This document shows positions 12,843-25,330 of a DNA stretch of 64,000 nt, one piece after another. Both the position numbers and the translations under genes were made by a program. Where the stretch lies: NCBI RefSeq assembly GCF_020085105.1, contig NC_058053.1, forward strand, positions 24,541,196-24,605,195, read 5' to 3'. The first letter of the stretch is position 1. Each line of letters opens with the position of its first letter. Source of the stretch: Siniperca chuatsi (Eukaryota). The notes beneath the pieces were generated by a model that saw nothing but the letters and a program-made list of their open reading frames with translations, had not been told where the DNA came from and ran no database searches.

Positions 12843-12876
12843 CATGCTGGTATGTATGTGTGTGTGTGCTTGTGTG
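12843..12876. repeat. (TG)n imperfect microsatellite
   Basis: Direct reading. Confidence 0.9.
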
Positions 12877-15581
12877 TGTGTGAGTGAGAAGGTGGGTGGA
12901 TAAGTGGGAGGATAGTGTGTGAAGAAAAGCTTAATGAACTGTGCTTCAAGTGTGACTCAGTGCGCAGTGTCCTTCACACATGAAATTAACATAATTTTAA
13001 CTTTTATCTGTGAAAAAGGATGAAAATAATAAGAACCTACACATCAGAAATATTGAAATCTGGTGGGAATTGAAGCGCTCTCGGTGAGTCACGTATAGGA
13101 ACTGCCTGAACCAAAAACAGACATCAATCCCTCTCTTCCTGTTTTCTCTCAGGCTCCACTAGATGCTTTTATTTGTTCATGGCTTTGTCAGTGGCCCATC
13201 CTCATGTTCCACTTCTATTTTTGCATGTTCAACTACAGTAGATGAAAGCATATCAAGATTTTTTTTTTTGCATCAAAGCTCAAGTTCTTCGGCAAGAGAA
13301 CTTTTTTGTGAAAACAGCCAACTCTGTATTATTATCCAAATGAGGAGGAGGAATATGCCATTCTTTATTAAAGCATGAGAGCACACAAGAAAGTACAATT
13401 AGTGGAAATTTGCCTTTGAATTTTTTTTAATGAAAAAGCTAGAAGCCTTGTCTCATTTGCACAAGGATACTGAAAATACTTGTTTTAAAAATGGGACTCA
13501 AAAAGAAAAAAATAGATATAACCTCATGTTTAGACTATTGTGTTCACACCCAAACTCCAACTGTCATCTGTTATAAATGTAAAAACAGAACAGACCTGAA
13601 TTTTAAAAGATGTTAACACTGTATTAGCTGAACATGCTTTTCTGAAGTGCTGTGCAAAGTAGCTCAGCTCTGCTCTTGACACTTTTTCTCCTCAGAAGTG
13701 AGAGAATAATCACTGCCAATTTTCACAAAGAATAAAAAATGCCTGGCTTTAATTATAATATAAAATCCAGGCTATTAGGACTACATTTTTCAGGTCTCCT
13801 GGTAATTTTAATTAACACTTTTTTGAAACTATTAACAGTGTGGATGAATGTAAGAGGGCTGTTATTTATGTCACTCCCAAGGGAATTGGTGAGCTTTAAG
13901 GGAATTAATCATGAAGTTGACAGAGCTGGTGAGGCAAAAAAGTGCAAAGATGACAAGTTTTCTATTTTCAACTGCAAGCATAATACAGTTACAACATTAA
14001 AATAACAAAAGCAGAGTCCAGGTGTAGACAGCAGATCCTGGTAAATGATACGATTCAGCACCAGCCTCTTGAACGTCTTCATGTCGGATGTCTGAAAGCC
14101 CCTTCTGGGCAGGCCTTCATCCATGTTGACTAAAAGTTTGTCAACCTTTATATAAATTTTGTAACATACATATTTCAAGCATCCTATTGCCTTCATTCAG
14201 GAGTAGCAAACCAAACTGCAATCTGTTCCTGTCTTTCACTGAACCCTGCTATGTTTTCTTTGAGCATCTCCTTGCACACCTTATTGTTTTGATTTACTTT
14301 TACGTCCTTAGTGGCATGGTTTTTTTTTTTCCGTGACGGAGGTGTCTCCCTGCTTTGTAGAGTTACACCAAGATGCAGTTAGATGTAGTGAGTAAGACCT
14401 TCAGTGTGTCCTCACAGCTGTCAGCTACAGCATGTGCTGACACCAGAATCATACAAAGACCCTCACTGCTACCACAGAGCTCATGCACTGTAGACACCAT
14501 CCAGACACATAAGCAAAGATTATGTAGTAAATTATAACTTTCACATCAGCACAGTATTTTCATTTCAAGGGGATTTTAAGGTCAAACAGTTAAGGCTATA
14601 TTTTTAGCTTTAGCTTCATCTGTTTGTTAAACCTTTAAAAGCAGGTGTGTGTTTTAAAAAGGGGTGTGTTGCCACAGATCACCACGAGAATACTGAGGGT
14701 TGGTCTGTGAGGAGCCGACGAGTCTCCAGGCAAATGACATTACAGTCACCCCCCTCTCCTCTCCTCTCACCACCCTGCCTCATGTTTCTGTCAGCTCAGA
14801 TTGTGTAGGAGCCCATCAGTGTTGTGTCTGAGAGGAGAGTCCAAGGAGTCAGACACCTCTTGTTATCTTGGGGACTGAACTTGAGAGAGGAGCGGCTGTC
14901 AGAATTCGTTGACAGAGTGCATGAGGCCGCTAAGGTCAGTCTGAGTGGGTAGGGGTTTCTTTTGTCCAAAATCACTTTATAAAGAATGAGGCAGAAGTGC
15001 CCCTGCTTTTGCCCCAGCCACTCAGTCCATTTATTATCATTTATCCTGTTATTATAATTATTATTATTATACAGTATTTTATTGTCCAAGGACAACCTCC
15101 ACCTGCCAACCCAAACTCCTGAGGCTCAGCAGAAATGTCTTCTTGTAAGGATGAGTACTTAAAGATTGATGAAAGAAATTCTGAATTACAGAATTTAATT
15201 AATTATCAAGTTACAGAAGCTAGTGGAACAGAGGCCAGCCCAGACATGACGTCATGGGATATCTTAGCTCCGTTGTGTCTAATTTATTTTGATACGGTTT
15301 ACTAATATTGGGACTTATTTTACTTTGCTAATTGGTGAAGTGCACTGATATATTAAGTTATTGTAATTAATTTCAAACAGGTCTATGTTTTAATAATCAT
15401 TTCAAATTAGTATGGCACAATATTGTTTGTAAATCCAAACTAAACTGTCAGTAAAACATTCTTTTTATTTATGATGTTGTCTGGGGTCATTTATTGGTTG
15501 TGATACTTTCACTTAAAACAGGTAAACCTTGGTGGTAGCATGTGGGTGTGTGAATGTGCATAGGTGTGCAGGTTTGTGTGT

Positions 15582-15583
<2 letters not shown>

Positions 15584-15672
<89 letters not shown>
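15584..15672. repeat. (GA)n microsatellite, ~44 units, immediately 5' of the LINE
   Basis: Direct reading. Both strands give the artefactual ORFs 15487-15798, 15509-15721 and 15529-15714 (SLSL.../RERE...). Confidence 0.98.
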
Positions 15673-15675
<3 letters not shown>

Positions 15676-16175
15676 CAAGACCATCAGAAAAGACTTGAGA
15701 AAAATAGCAAATGAAAAACACTGGAAACCAAACAACCCAGCTTTACGCATTAGGTACAATGACATTTTAAACAAATATAAGCGTACAATTAGGAACAAAA
15801 AACTAAATTATACCCACAAGAAACTTGAAGATACTGAGCATGCCATTAATCAAAATCAATTCTGGGATATGTGGAACAACTTCAGCACAAAGTAACAACA
15901 AGCACTGCCCATCCAAAATGGTGACATCTGGAGAGCACATTTTGAAAATCTGTACAAAGACAAACCAATAAATCTAATTAATTCAGATCAATGTATTATA
16001 AAAGAAAAACTCCAAACATTAGAAGAAACAATTAAAGACAACCAAAACCCCCTTGATTTCCCAATTACATGGGAAGAACTGACCACACAGACAAAGTCTC
16101 TCCAGCAATGAAAAGCTTGCGGTCCAGACGGCATTAAAAACGAAATGCTCAAATGCAGCACCCCAGAGACGCAAG

Positions 16176-16935
16176 GTGCAGTGTTGTAGTTGTTGTACTA
16201 CAGTGAGGATGTTTTCCCGACATCTGGTGCAAAGGGCTCATTTCTGGAGTGCGCATGCGCCAACATGCATGCTGCCTGTTGCCATAGCTCCGTCTCGTCA
16301 TTTGAGGGTGGAGCTGGACTCTCTGGCGGTGGTGTCAGAGAGGAGGAGGCTGGCCAAACAAAGGAGCACCTTCAGCGGAAGACTCATCCCCCCAAAAAGC
16401 ACCACAGAGCGCCACAGGAAGTCATTCCTGCCTGTGGCCATCAAACTCTTGGCCATCTAACTCCTCCCTCTAAGTGTTAGTTTGTATGACCCTAAGTCAC
16501 TAAACTGGACATTGATCATTAACGTCTCTGCAATACTTGAAACAATTGTGCAATATTCTGTGTTAATACTCCTGTGCAATATACTCTTTTCTGTTTAAAA
16601 TTGATATTTATTCATACTTCTATTACTGCTGTGCAATATCCACCGTCTCATTATAATCTTAATAGACTACACTTAACTTGACAGTTCATGCACCATTACT
16701 TACTACTTGTATTATTACATTGTATTATTATACTGTATTATTATCATCAACCGGTAAACCCACTTTGTACTTTACACTTATTTTAATTTTATACCCACTT
16801 GGTACTTAATTTATCTGACCTGTATTATAGTGTATTATATTTTTTGCTTAGTACTTCTATTCCTGTGTGCACTAACATGATAGGGAGCTGCTGTAACAAA
16901 AGAGTTTCCCGTCGGGGATCAATAAAGTATTTCTG
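16176..16935 (+). mobile_element. Nested insertion: Rex1/Babar-like (CR1-clade) LINE 3' fragment inside the RT region of the host LINE
   Basis: It interrupts the host ORF2 between the GPDGI motif and the GDKSDPGNYHG motif. It encodes ...RRRLAKQRSTFSGRLIPPKSTTERHRKSFLPVAIKLL (Rex1-type C-terminus). It ends ggggatcaataaagtatttctgattctgattt, the same tail type as the copy at 42715-43640. Confidence 0.7.
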
Positions 16936-18650
16936 ATTCTGATTTCCCCCGTTCATAAGAGTGGGGACAAATCAGACCCTGGTAACTACCATGGCAACTG
17001 TGTCAGCAGTTGTCTAGGTAAACTATTCTGTAGTATTCTAAATACAAGAATACTAGATTTCCTTGAAGAACACTCCATCTTGAATAAAAATGAAATTGGC
17101 TTCCTCTCAAAACCACCGACCACGTATACACCCTTCACACTTTAATTTACAAACATGTACACCAAACAAAAAATGGTAAGATATTTGCTTGTTTTATTGA
17201 CTTCAAGAAAGCTTTTGACTCTATTTGGCATGAAGAGCTCTATTACAGACTTTTACATGGTGGTATTAAATCAATGTATTTGGAAAATAGATGTACTGTA
17301 ACAATTGGAGACAAACAAACTGAATCCTTCACCCAGAGAAGAGGTGTTCGTCAGGGCTGCAACTGAAGCCCGACTTTATTTAATGTGCAATGTAATATAA
17401 ATTAACTTGCTGTACAGTTGGATCAGTGTGCTGCTCCTGACCTCTCCCTCTTAGATAGAGAGGTGAAGTCGCTGATGACCTTGTTCTATTTTCTCCTATT
17501 GAACAAGGACTATAGCAACAGCTGGACATAGTAGAAAAGTGCTGTCAGAACTGGGCCCTGGCAGTAACTATGAAGAAAACTAATGTCATGTCACGTTTAC
17601 CATTAATAATCATATCATTGAACACAGTATGAGTTATACCTACCTTGGTATAACCATAACAGCATCAGGGAGTTTCAACATGGCAGTGAATGCACTAAAA
17701 GAAAAAGCTTGAAGAGCTCTGAATGCAATTAAGAGAAAATTTTGTAATTTTCAAATTCCAATTGAAATTTGGCTTAAAATATTTGATAGTGTCATCCAGC
17801 CCATTGCGCTGTATGGTAGTGCAGTACAGGGTCCACGCAGTCATCATAGCTATATCTGTTGGGACAAACATCCAAGAGAATTGTTACATGCAGAATTCTG
17901 CAGATACATTTTACACAGAAAAACACCAATATGTGCATGTAGAGCAGAATAGGCAGATACCCACTGATAATTAACATTCAAAGAGTGCGCTCAAATGTTT
18001 TAATCCCCTTAAATCCAGCCCCCTAGACACCCTCCATTCCAAAGCCCTCCAAACCCAAAAGCTGAGCCCAGAAAAGAGTCCCCTATGTCAGTTGGTGCTG
18101 AGACTAACTGCCCCCCTCAGACACACTCTGACCAGTCTCACAACAGCTCTGCTTAACAAACACCAATCAGAGTAAACCAAATTATAATGCAATGTAAAGA
18201 AAACTATTAGGAACATTGGAAAGAAGAAACTAAAAGCCAAAGTAGCTCAGAATATTATCTGGCCCTAAAAAGAGATTATGAATTGGCAGAATGTCTCTCT
18301 ACTATCAGAGATAGAAAGCAGAGACAGATCCTGACCAAGTGCAGCCTCGGTGACCACAAACTGACAGTCGAAAAAGGAAGACACAAAAAATCCTGGCAAC
18401 CAAAAGAAAACAGAACATGTGGTCAGTGTTCGATAGCTGAGGTTGAGACAGAGATGCACTTCCTCCTACAGTGTACAACATTCGATGAAATAAGGAATGT
18501 TTACTGTAACAAGTTCAACTCTGTAATCTCAGATTTCAAAGAGCTAAATGATCTCTCAAAATTAAAAATACTCCTAGGAGAAGGAGACAGGGCATATCTT
18601 GCTGCACAATATGTATCAACATGCCACAACCTGAAGGACAGTGAATGACC

Positions 18651-18652
<2 letters not shown>

Positions 18653-18684
<32 letters not shown>
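18653..18684. repeat. (CA)n microsatellite in the LINE 3'UTR
   Basis: Direct reading. Confidence 0.95.
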
Positions 18685-18685
<1 letters not shown>

Positions 18686-18746
18686 TTAAAAAAAATGTTG
18701 CAGATGTTTTCACTTTTTGTATTTGTATTTTAACTGCAAGTCTACA

Positions 18747-18748
<2 letters not shown>

Positions 18749-18797
<49 letters not shown>
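18749..18797. repeat. (ATT)n microsatellite in the LINE 3'UTR
   Basis: Direct reading. Confidence 0.95.
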
Positions 18798-18906
18798 CCT
18801 ATCTTAGTTAATCTGTATATAGTTTAATATCACACTTCTTCTGTTTATGTCTTTACACATGCTTTGGCAATGTTAACATCTGTTTCCCATGCCAATAAAG
18901 CCCAAT

Positions 18907-18912
<6 letters not shown>

Positions 18913-18959
<47 letters not shown>
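18913..18959. repeat. (GA)n microsatellite immediately 3' of the LINE
   Basis: Direct reading; artefactual ORF 18873-19070. Confidence 0.98.
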
Positions 18960-18962
<3 letters not shown>

Positions 18963-21900
18963 CATGTAACAAACAGACTCACTGTATAGACAAATGGTCA
19001 AACTAAGGCTTGATTTAATAGTCAAACGAGTTGCTTGAGGAGCATTCGTTAAAGTGCAGACGATGTGCATCTATTAAGGCTTTTCTTGTAACAGATTAGA
19101 TTAGATATATAGGCCTGTCACAATTATTACCTGATTATTTCAGCTGACTGCGATCATTTTGCATAATCTTTAGTTTCTACAATCAAGGGATGTGTTGCAG
19201 TTGAATATTATTTATTATTATTTACATTTTGATGTTGAGTCATATTTGCTTCTTTCCTTAATAACATTTAATCCAGATTTACTCTGAATAATTACAATTA
19301 TATTTGATTTGCTTGTTGCCTGTAATGCAAAATAAAGAAATACACGCATGTCCCTTCAGCGGCTTCCGACACTTAACGACACTTTGGGGCAGTGAGTAGC
19401 TGCAGGTGCACAGTGGAGCTGCTCAACTTTCCGACCGTGTTGTGGAAAAACATGGAATTAAAGAGCTCTGCTGTCTAGACCTTACTGCTATTGGACAGCT
19501 TCTTTTGTTTCAGCTATGAAACCATATTTCTTGCTTTCCGAAGCAAGATGATGACAGAGAGGTGCCAATAACGGGTCTCTTTATAGCGGAGAGTCCCCCC
19601 CTTGAGTGCAGCAGTGCGTTTGACAGCTCTGGGGAAAGTTATGCTGGAGATCATTTACAGGCAGACCTTTGCTGCTTAATGTCAGTATATTCATTTTGAG
19701 TGATATTTTGGTTTTTGATATAAGTTTTGTCAAATTTTATTGCTTCCATCCAGCTTTTCTAATGAGATAATTTGCATAAAAAACATGCAAACATGGCTTT
19801 GTGTTTCCCCGTTGCATATTAACTTTTGAAAATAAAAAAGAAGCATCCTTCTACATTAGTTAACTGTCTTGAACCACTTTTTCATTACATTAGGTAGGCC
19901 TACACAACATGTTCAGAACAAGCTATTTAAAATAACTGCAGCAGAGCAAGAGGTGAAACCTTGTTTCAGAACACGCATGTGCTCTTTGAAGATTAACTGA
20001 CACTAGTTTGCCAACTACCGCATAATTTCGACATTGGCATAAAATTATCAGAAAAAGACAATTAAATCATTAATCACAATTATTTACAATTAATCGTCAT
20101 GACAGCCCTATAGGGGGGCTGTCCTTCTGTCACAGAAGAGTTGTCTGTCAATGTACAATTTGTCAACGGAGATTACAGCTTTTCTTCTTTTTCTTGAGGA
20201 ACTGTTTTCTTCTTGGCAAAATCATTTTGCATCTTCTATCAGTATTTCCTGAGGGAAGGGGTCATAAATGCAAAAGATGGTTCATCTCAGGTCCTTCCTT
20301 TGGGTATAACCAGCTCACTGTGTTTAAAGTGTTAACATTTGATAATAATTGGTGTCTGATGTTTTGTATTTGTGTTGAACCTGATGGAATGGGATTTTAT
20401 CGATTGGCATCTTAAATGCGATTTTTTTATCTGTTCCTGGCTAAACTCCAAACTCTGTTCAATAGCTTAAAAAGTGAAATCCTTGTATCGAGAGCCAAGA
20501 GTTTCTGGCCTACTTGATATCAGAGTGTCACTAACCTCAGGGCAGAAGCCTCTGTCTGGGTGGTGTACAGTTTTATTCCTTCTTGCACAGTGAAAACACC
20601 AGCCGAGATACTGTTTGATTGTCAGTGGTAAACAGGAAGATTTATGTCCTTGGCTATTTGCAGAAGGGTGCCCCAATGTTGATTCTTGCCCAAGGGCCAC
20701 GATGTCATTAATCTGATCACATATTACGAAAAACCCCTGTTTACAGCAGTAGTAATATTTGCTACTTTTCAGTTCATTTTTTCGGTACATCAAGTGGCAA
20801 TGTCATGCTTTGTCTGCTTTAAACTAAATGTATTCCTTATCAGCACGTGCCACTAGGGTTCACTGTGTTGAATGAGGCTTCCAGTAATGGTTCTTTTTGT
20901 TATGCAATTGGCTGGAAAGTGTTGCTGCTTCAGAAACCCTCACTTGAATGTCAGTAGTCAAGAATGGCCATGAGCTGCCCTCTATTCGGGGTCTGATTAC
21001 TAATGTGAAAGCGTAAATCTTCATAAACTGGTCTCAAATATGTTAGTTTTATGTTTTAAAGAGATGAAATCACTTCCTAAAATAGATGGGCACTGTAATC
21101 TTGTAGCAAACATCACTCTAAGGAGTGATCGAGGAGTAAATTGTGCATTTTTGGGGGGGACAATTTTCAAATGCAGATTAATACACATTTGGTGCTCTAG
21201 TGACTATTTACCTCAGCAGGATGGTGCATGTGGGTACAACTCAAATAAATCGAAAGTGCACATGTTCACAGTAAAGAAGGGATATCGCACCCAGTGCAAC
21301 CGTGTGGCTCATTTATGTCTTTTATAGTTTTTGGACAACAATGGAGCTTTATGACACAGAGGAATAAGATATTTTTTTGCCACAAAGACAATACTTGGTA
21401 GTAAAATCAATAACTGGTTGTGGTCTTTTCATGAGATTTGTTGACAGTAAGAAAAATATCACTATACTACACTGTTCTTAATTCTCTCCAGTCATGAGTA
21501 ATTATATTGCAAAGTATTTAATTATAGATGAACATTTATTATTCTTGGGATTCATCACTGAAACCGACCAGCAGTTTTTACCCTTGTAAGTGTCAAGTGT
21601 ACTTTCTGATGCTACATTTTCATTAGTGCAAAATGTCAACACTTCTGAAAGTTAACTTGACCAGGAGGCTTTTGGGAACATTTTGCTCATATTGTGGGGC
21701 TCTCTGTGGAATATTAGGGTGGCTTTTTCCACATGAAGGTGGTGCATTTCAAGTAAAAATATTTCAGTCAGTTCAGCAGTGAGAGCGATGACTTCTAGAC
21801 CTCATGTGTATTTTAGAGAATAGGCAAATTTACATTGTGGAGGTTAACAGAGGGAGGGCACTGTGCCAGTCCCTCTGAATGTGCCAGCAGGGCTACAATT

Positions 21901-22699
21901 TATTTCAGCAGAATAGAGACGTCCAGCTGTCATTTTTTATACTTCTGCTTTCAAGTGTAAATAGCTTTCCAATGGCCAAAAAAGTATTTGAATTAAACTT
22001 CAGACTGTTCCAGTACAATTTTTCTTTCTTGTTTGTGTTGTGTGCAGGGTGCAAACTACAGGAGATCCAGGGGGAGCTTGGCTCCACTTAATAAGACATG
22101 AGTTCCCCTGAAAAGTTTGGTTGGTCACTAAAATACTGACAATATGCTGTTTTCTATTTTTCTGTATCTTCATAATCACGGATCATGAGTAAAATTAGGC
22201 TATTGATATATGATTTATGCATGAGGGTGATTCATCACTAATTAACACTAAGAAAGATACCGGCATGCATGCTGTTCTTGCTGAGGTAAGGTAAGGGCTA
22301 TTCCCAATTAACCGTATTATTCACTGTTAGCACTGTATTTATGTGATGGGTTTTGATGAGGACTGGATCCCTTGTAGGCAGCCTGGACTGTTTTAGTTGG
22401 TATTTACAATGCTCATGCATGTGTCTGTTGTTAAAGGCTGGTTTGTTGATACATGACCCCCGTGTTTGATGTCTTAATTGTACTGAGAAATTATTGTGCT
22501 CATCTGTATGTGATGAGTAACTTTAACTCCCCCCCCACTCGTAAAAAAAGCGAGCCCCCCGAAAGCCATGGTATAGTTTGCACACTGGTTGTGTGGTAAT
22601 TGTAAGTGTGCAGAAACATTTGTAGTTGCTGTATGTGCTGTGCAAAAAGATGATGAAAACAGCCCAGTATATTAAGTACAATTGAATTTTAAATCTAAA

Positions 22700-22870
22700 A
22701 TAATAAATAATAATAATAATAAAACTTTATTTATAGAGCACTTATCAAAACAAAGTACAAAGTGCTTCACAACAAGAAAAATAAAATAACACAGTGAATG
22801 ACGAAATATAAAGAAATAAAACACATGAAATACAGAAAAGCAATAAAATAAACAGTAAAATAAACAGCCA
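22700..22870 (-). mobile_element. L2/CR1-type LINE 3'UTR fragment (same family as 43722-45720)
   Basis: ataataataataaaactttatttatagagcacttatcaaaacaaagtacaaagtgcttcacaacaag...gcaataaaataaacag is ~90% identical to 43741-43900. Confidence 0.75.
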
Positions 22871-22989
22871 GTAAAAACAATGGTGGTGAAAGTACAATGA
22901 GATTGTTATATAAGATCATCGTGTTTTTTATGTAAAATCTTAGCAAAGCTAGTAATATAAATGTAGTGAAGTAAAGAGTACAATGTTTC

Positions 22990-23110
22990 CCTCTGAAATG
23001 TAATGGAGTAGAAGTATAAAGTAGCGTGAAATGGAAATACTCAAAGTACTTCAAATTAGTATTTTAAGTACAGTACTTGAGTAAATATACTTTGTTACAT
23101 TCCACTGGTG
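22990..23110. repeat. AT-rich interspersed repeat with tacttgagtaaa / aagtacttcaaa motifs (unclassified)
   Basis: Resembles 35095-35260 (tacttttacttaagtaaggttg...gagttttacttgtagtggagtatttgtacag). Confidence 0.3.
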
Positions 23111-23924
23111 TTTACCCAGAAATAATCTGTAGGTACTCTTTCACTGTTTTTTTTAAAATTAGTGATTTGTTAATTTAATTTTTCTGTGACCAGTTTACTG
23201 CTAACAAGCTACTGAGGCTAATGTGTTACTAATACAACATTCTCGCTAACTGTTAAATTACTGTTGAGCTATTGTTACTTTTTTCCCCACTTTTACTCTT
23301 GTGGACTCTACTGCATGTACTCCATATGTTTACATGTAGTAGCTACTTCCTGCGGGGACTTTGTTTCCTCCTGGCACGAGGAACAGCCAATTAATTTTTA
23401 CAGTGTGTTTGGTCGAGCTTTTGTTTATGGTATCTCATCTTTTTCTGATTTGTAATCAGTATCATTGAATTTGTTGTTTTATCCAACAACGATGACAATG
23501 TTTCCCTAACCTTATCTAAGTGTTTTAATTGCCTAATCACACCCAAACCTTTATTTACCATCTTTGCATAACTTTAACCAGAAGACGCACATTTTAAAAA
23601 CATTGGATATAAAAAAAACCAACAACAACACTGAACATAATCTGGGATTTGGCAGAAATTAGAAATATTGAGGCTCTTGTCTGGCAATGACCACAAGATC
23701 AGGTCAAATGCAGCAGCCACCTTAAATATAAATATTGTACTTAAGTGGTGCAAATTCCCGAACAAATTGGCAATTAGCAAAGTATTAAAACAAACTGACA
23801 TGCAGTGAACCTGGGGCTTTTTGGGGCCCTTGGGCAGTTGCCAGCTTCGGGCAGTTGGTAATTCAGCCCTCCCTGTAGTACTACTTCTACCACTGCTGCA
23901 GCCACTGCACTGCTAATATCAGTA

Positions 23925-24118
23925 GTAAAGTGCTACCTGTATGGCTAATGGGAGGAGGTAGAGCTGGTCATCCGCTAATCACAGGGTTGGCAGTTTGATA
24001 CCCAGCTCCTCCTGTCCACATGTTCAAGTGTCCTTGGGCAAGATGCTGAATCCCAAATTGTGGTCACTGCTAACATGAAACCCCTTTGAATAAAAGCTAT
24101 ATAAATGCAGCCATTTAC
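23925..24118 (+). mobile_element. tRNA-derived SINE (head with box A/B-like tRNA motifs, body ...gtgtccttgggcaagatgctgaatcccaaattg..., tail gctatataaatgcagccatttac), internally deleted
   Basis: ggtagagctggtcatccgctaatcacagggttggcagtttgatacccagctcctcc matches the head of an abundant percomorph SINE (gtagagc..gtcgtccattaatc..ggttcgatccccggctcctcc) that I recall. The tail motif is gcgctatataa..ccatttac. Confidence 0.75.
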
Positions 24119-24744
24119 GATTTATTTATTTATGGCTTACATAGCAGCTAGAACAGTAAACAAAAGTCATAAAATAATCTCAGTATGAAACCAACCACAA
24201 AGGTTATTCAGTATTGTTTATAATGCTATATTTTTATCTTTTACTGTTTGCTCTAAAATGTGAGAGATACCTGGGTATCTTAGGAGGATGGCACTAAGTC
24301 AACAGGAATTGTAGCTTGTGAGAGAGGTTTGGGAACAAAGATAAGGGCCCTGGTAACAGGGTGCATTCTCGAGCAAAGCGCAGTTGTCGATGAGATTTCA
24401 AGCTTCCGCTTTGGACTCTTTTGCATTAAAAAAGACACTTACACTACAAGATAAATGTGACAGTACAATTTGTGATGTAGTCTGTTCAAAAATCACATGA
24501 TCAACCAGGGGCATAAAAACAGACAGTGAGGTTGCACTGGGGACCGTCTAGATTGCTGATCACACAACAACGTGCAGGGACAACGGGGCCCTTAGAGATT
24601 TAAATTACCACTGTGGAATCACACCTGTGTTAAAAGAATAAGCAAACCTATCTCCATCATGGTTTTCATTTATTTTGGTAAAATAGTCAGTAGCAATCTA
24701 AAACAAAATGATATGCTTATTCTACATAAACTATAAATAAACGT

Positions 24745-25330
24745 TTGGTGCACTTTGGTTGTACCTGGTTCCTGTTCCCAGTTCCCCGGCATTCTTACCG
24801 TGAGTCTGTTTTGGATTTTTTGTCTCCCTTGGGCCGTGTCTGGAGTCTGGATTTTGAACTTTGCCTGCTCCATATTGGACTGGTTAGCCTCATTGGACTT
24901 ACTTCCCTGTTTCCACCACTGCCAGCCGGTAACCCATTTCCTATTACTTGGACCTGTGTCTGCCTACCGGTCTGTCTGCCTGTACCTGCCTGTAAACCAC
25001 ATCACCCACAATAAACACTGTAGCCATCTTAGCTACTTCACCCTCATACCGCTTCCTGGTCATCTGCATTTGGGTCCACATACCACTACACAGCACATGA
25101 CAACAAGTGGATTTGGCAAGGGGACAAGGGGATTTGGGGTATCTGATGGGCTGCCCCTATTTGTTATCAGGTTGATATCATTTCGGAGTCAGGTTTTCCG
25201 CCTGTTTCATTGTGTATGTGTTTTTCAGTTGTTTTTCATCAGTGTTTTATCACTATTAGTATTAGCTACACTTAAAAAAACTAATAATAATAATTCTTAT
25301 TATTGTTATTTTACACAAGCTAATTAATGA
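24745..25330. repeat. Unclassified repeat, possibly a solo LTR fragment (contains an AATAAA signal ... ctgcctgtaaaccacatcacccacaataaacactgtagcc)
   Basis: The 190-aa ORF 24755-25327 has no coding features; the segment has TE-like texture. Classification uncertain. Confidence 0.25.

Larger units (their letters stand above)
15673..18912 (+). mobile_element. Non-LTR retrotransposon (LINE; CR1/L2-type ORF2 motifs), 5'-truncated: pre-RT region, RT domain, C-terminal Cys/His motif, 3'UTR; carries a nested insertion
   Basis: Translations: ...KACGPDGIKNEMLK (15.7-16.17 kb); after the insertion, GDKSDPGNYHG..SCLGKLFCSILNTRILDFLEEHSILNKNQIGF...FIDFKKAFDSIWHEELYYRL...GVRQGC; then FADDLVLFS-like and YLGI.. 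blocks with frameshifts; C-terminal ORF 18283-18648 with CGQCS..ETEMHFLLQCTTFDEIR. The 3'UTR carries (CA)n and (ATT)n and ends gccaataaagcccaattgaattga. Confidence 0.85.

Noticed and set aside
15487-15798. ORFs encoding poly-SL / poly-RE (15487-15798, 15509-15721, 15529-15714; likewise 4666-4893, 18501-18713, 18873-19070, 32061-32261, 57690-57905)
   Set aside because: They are translations of (GA)n, (CA)n or (TG)n microsatellites, not genes.
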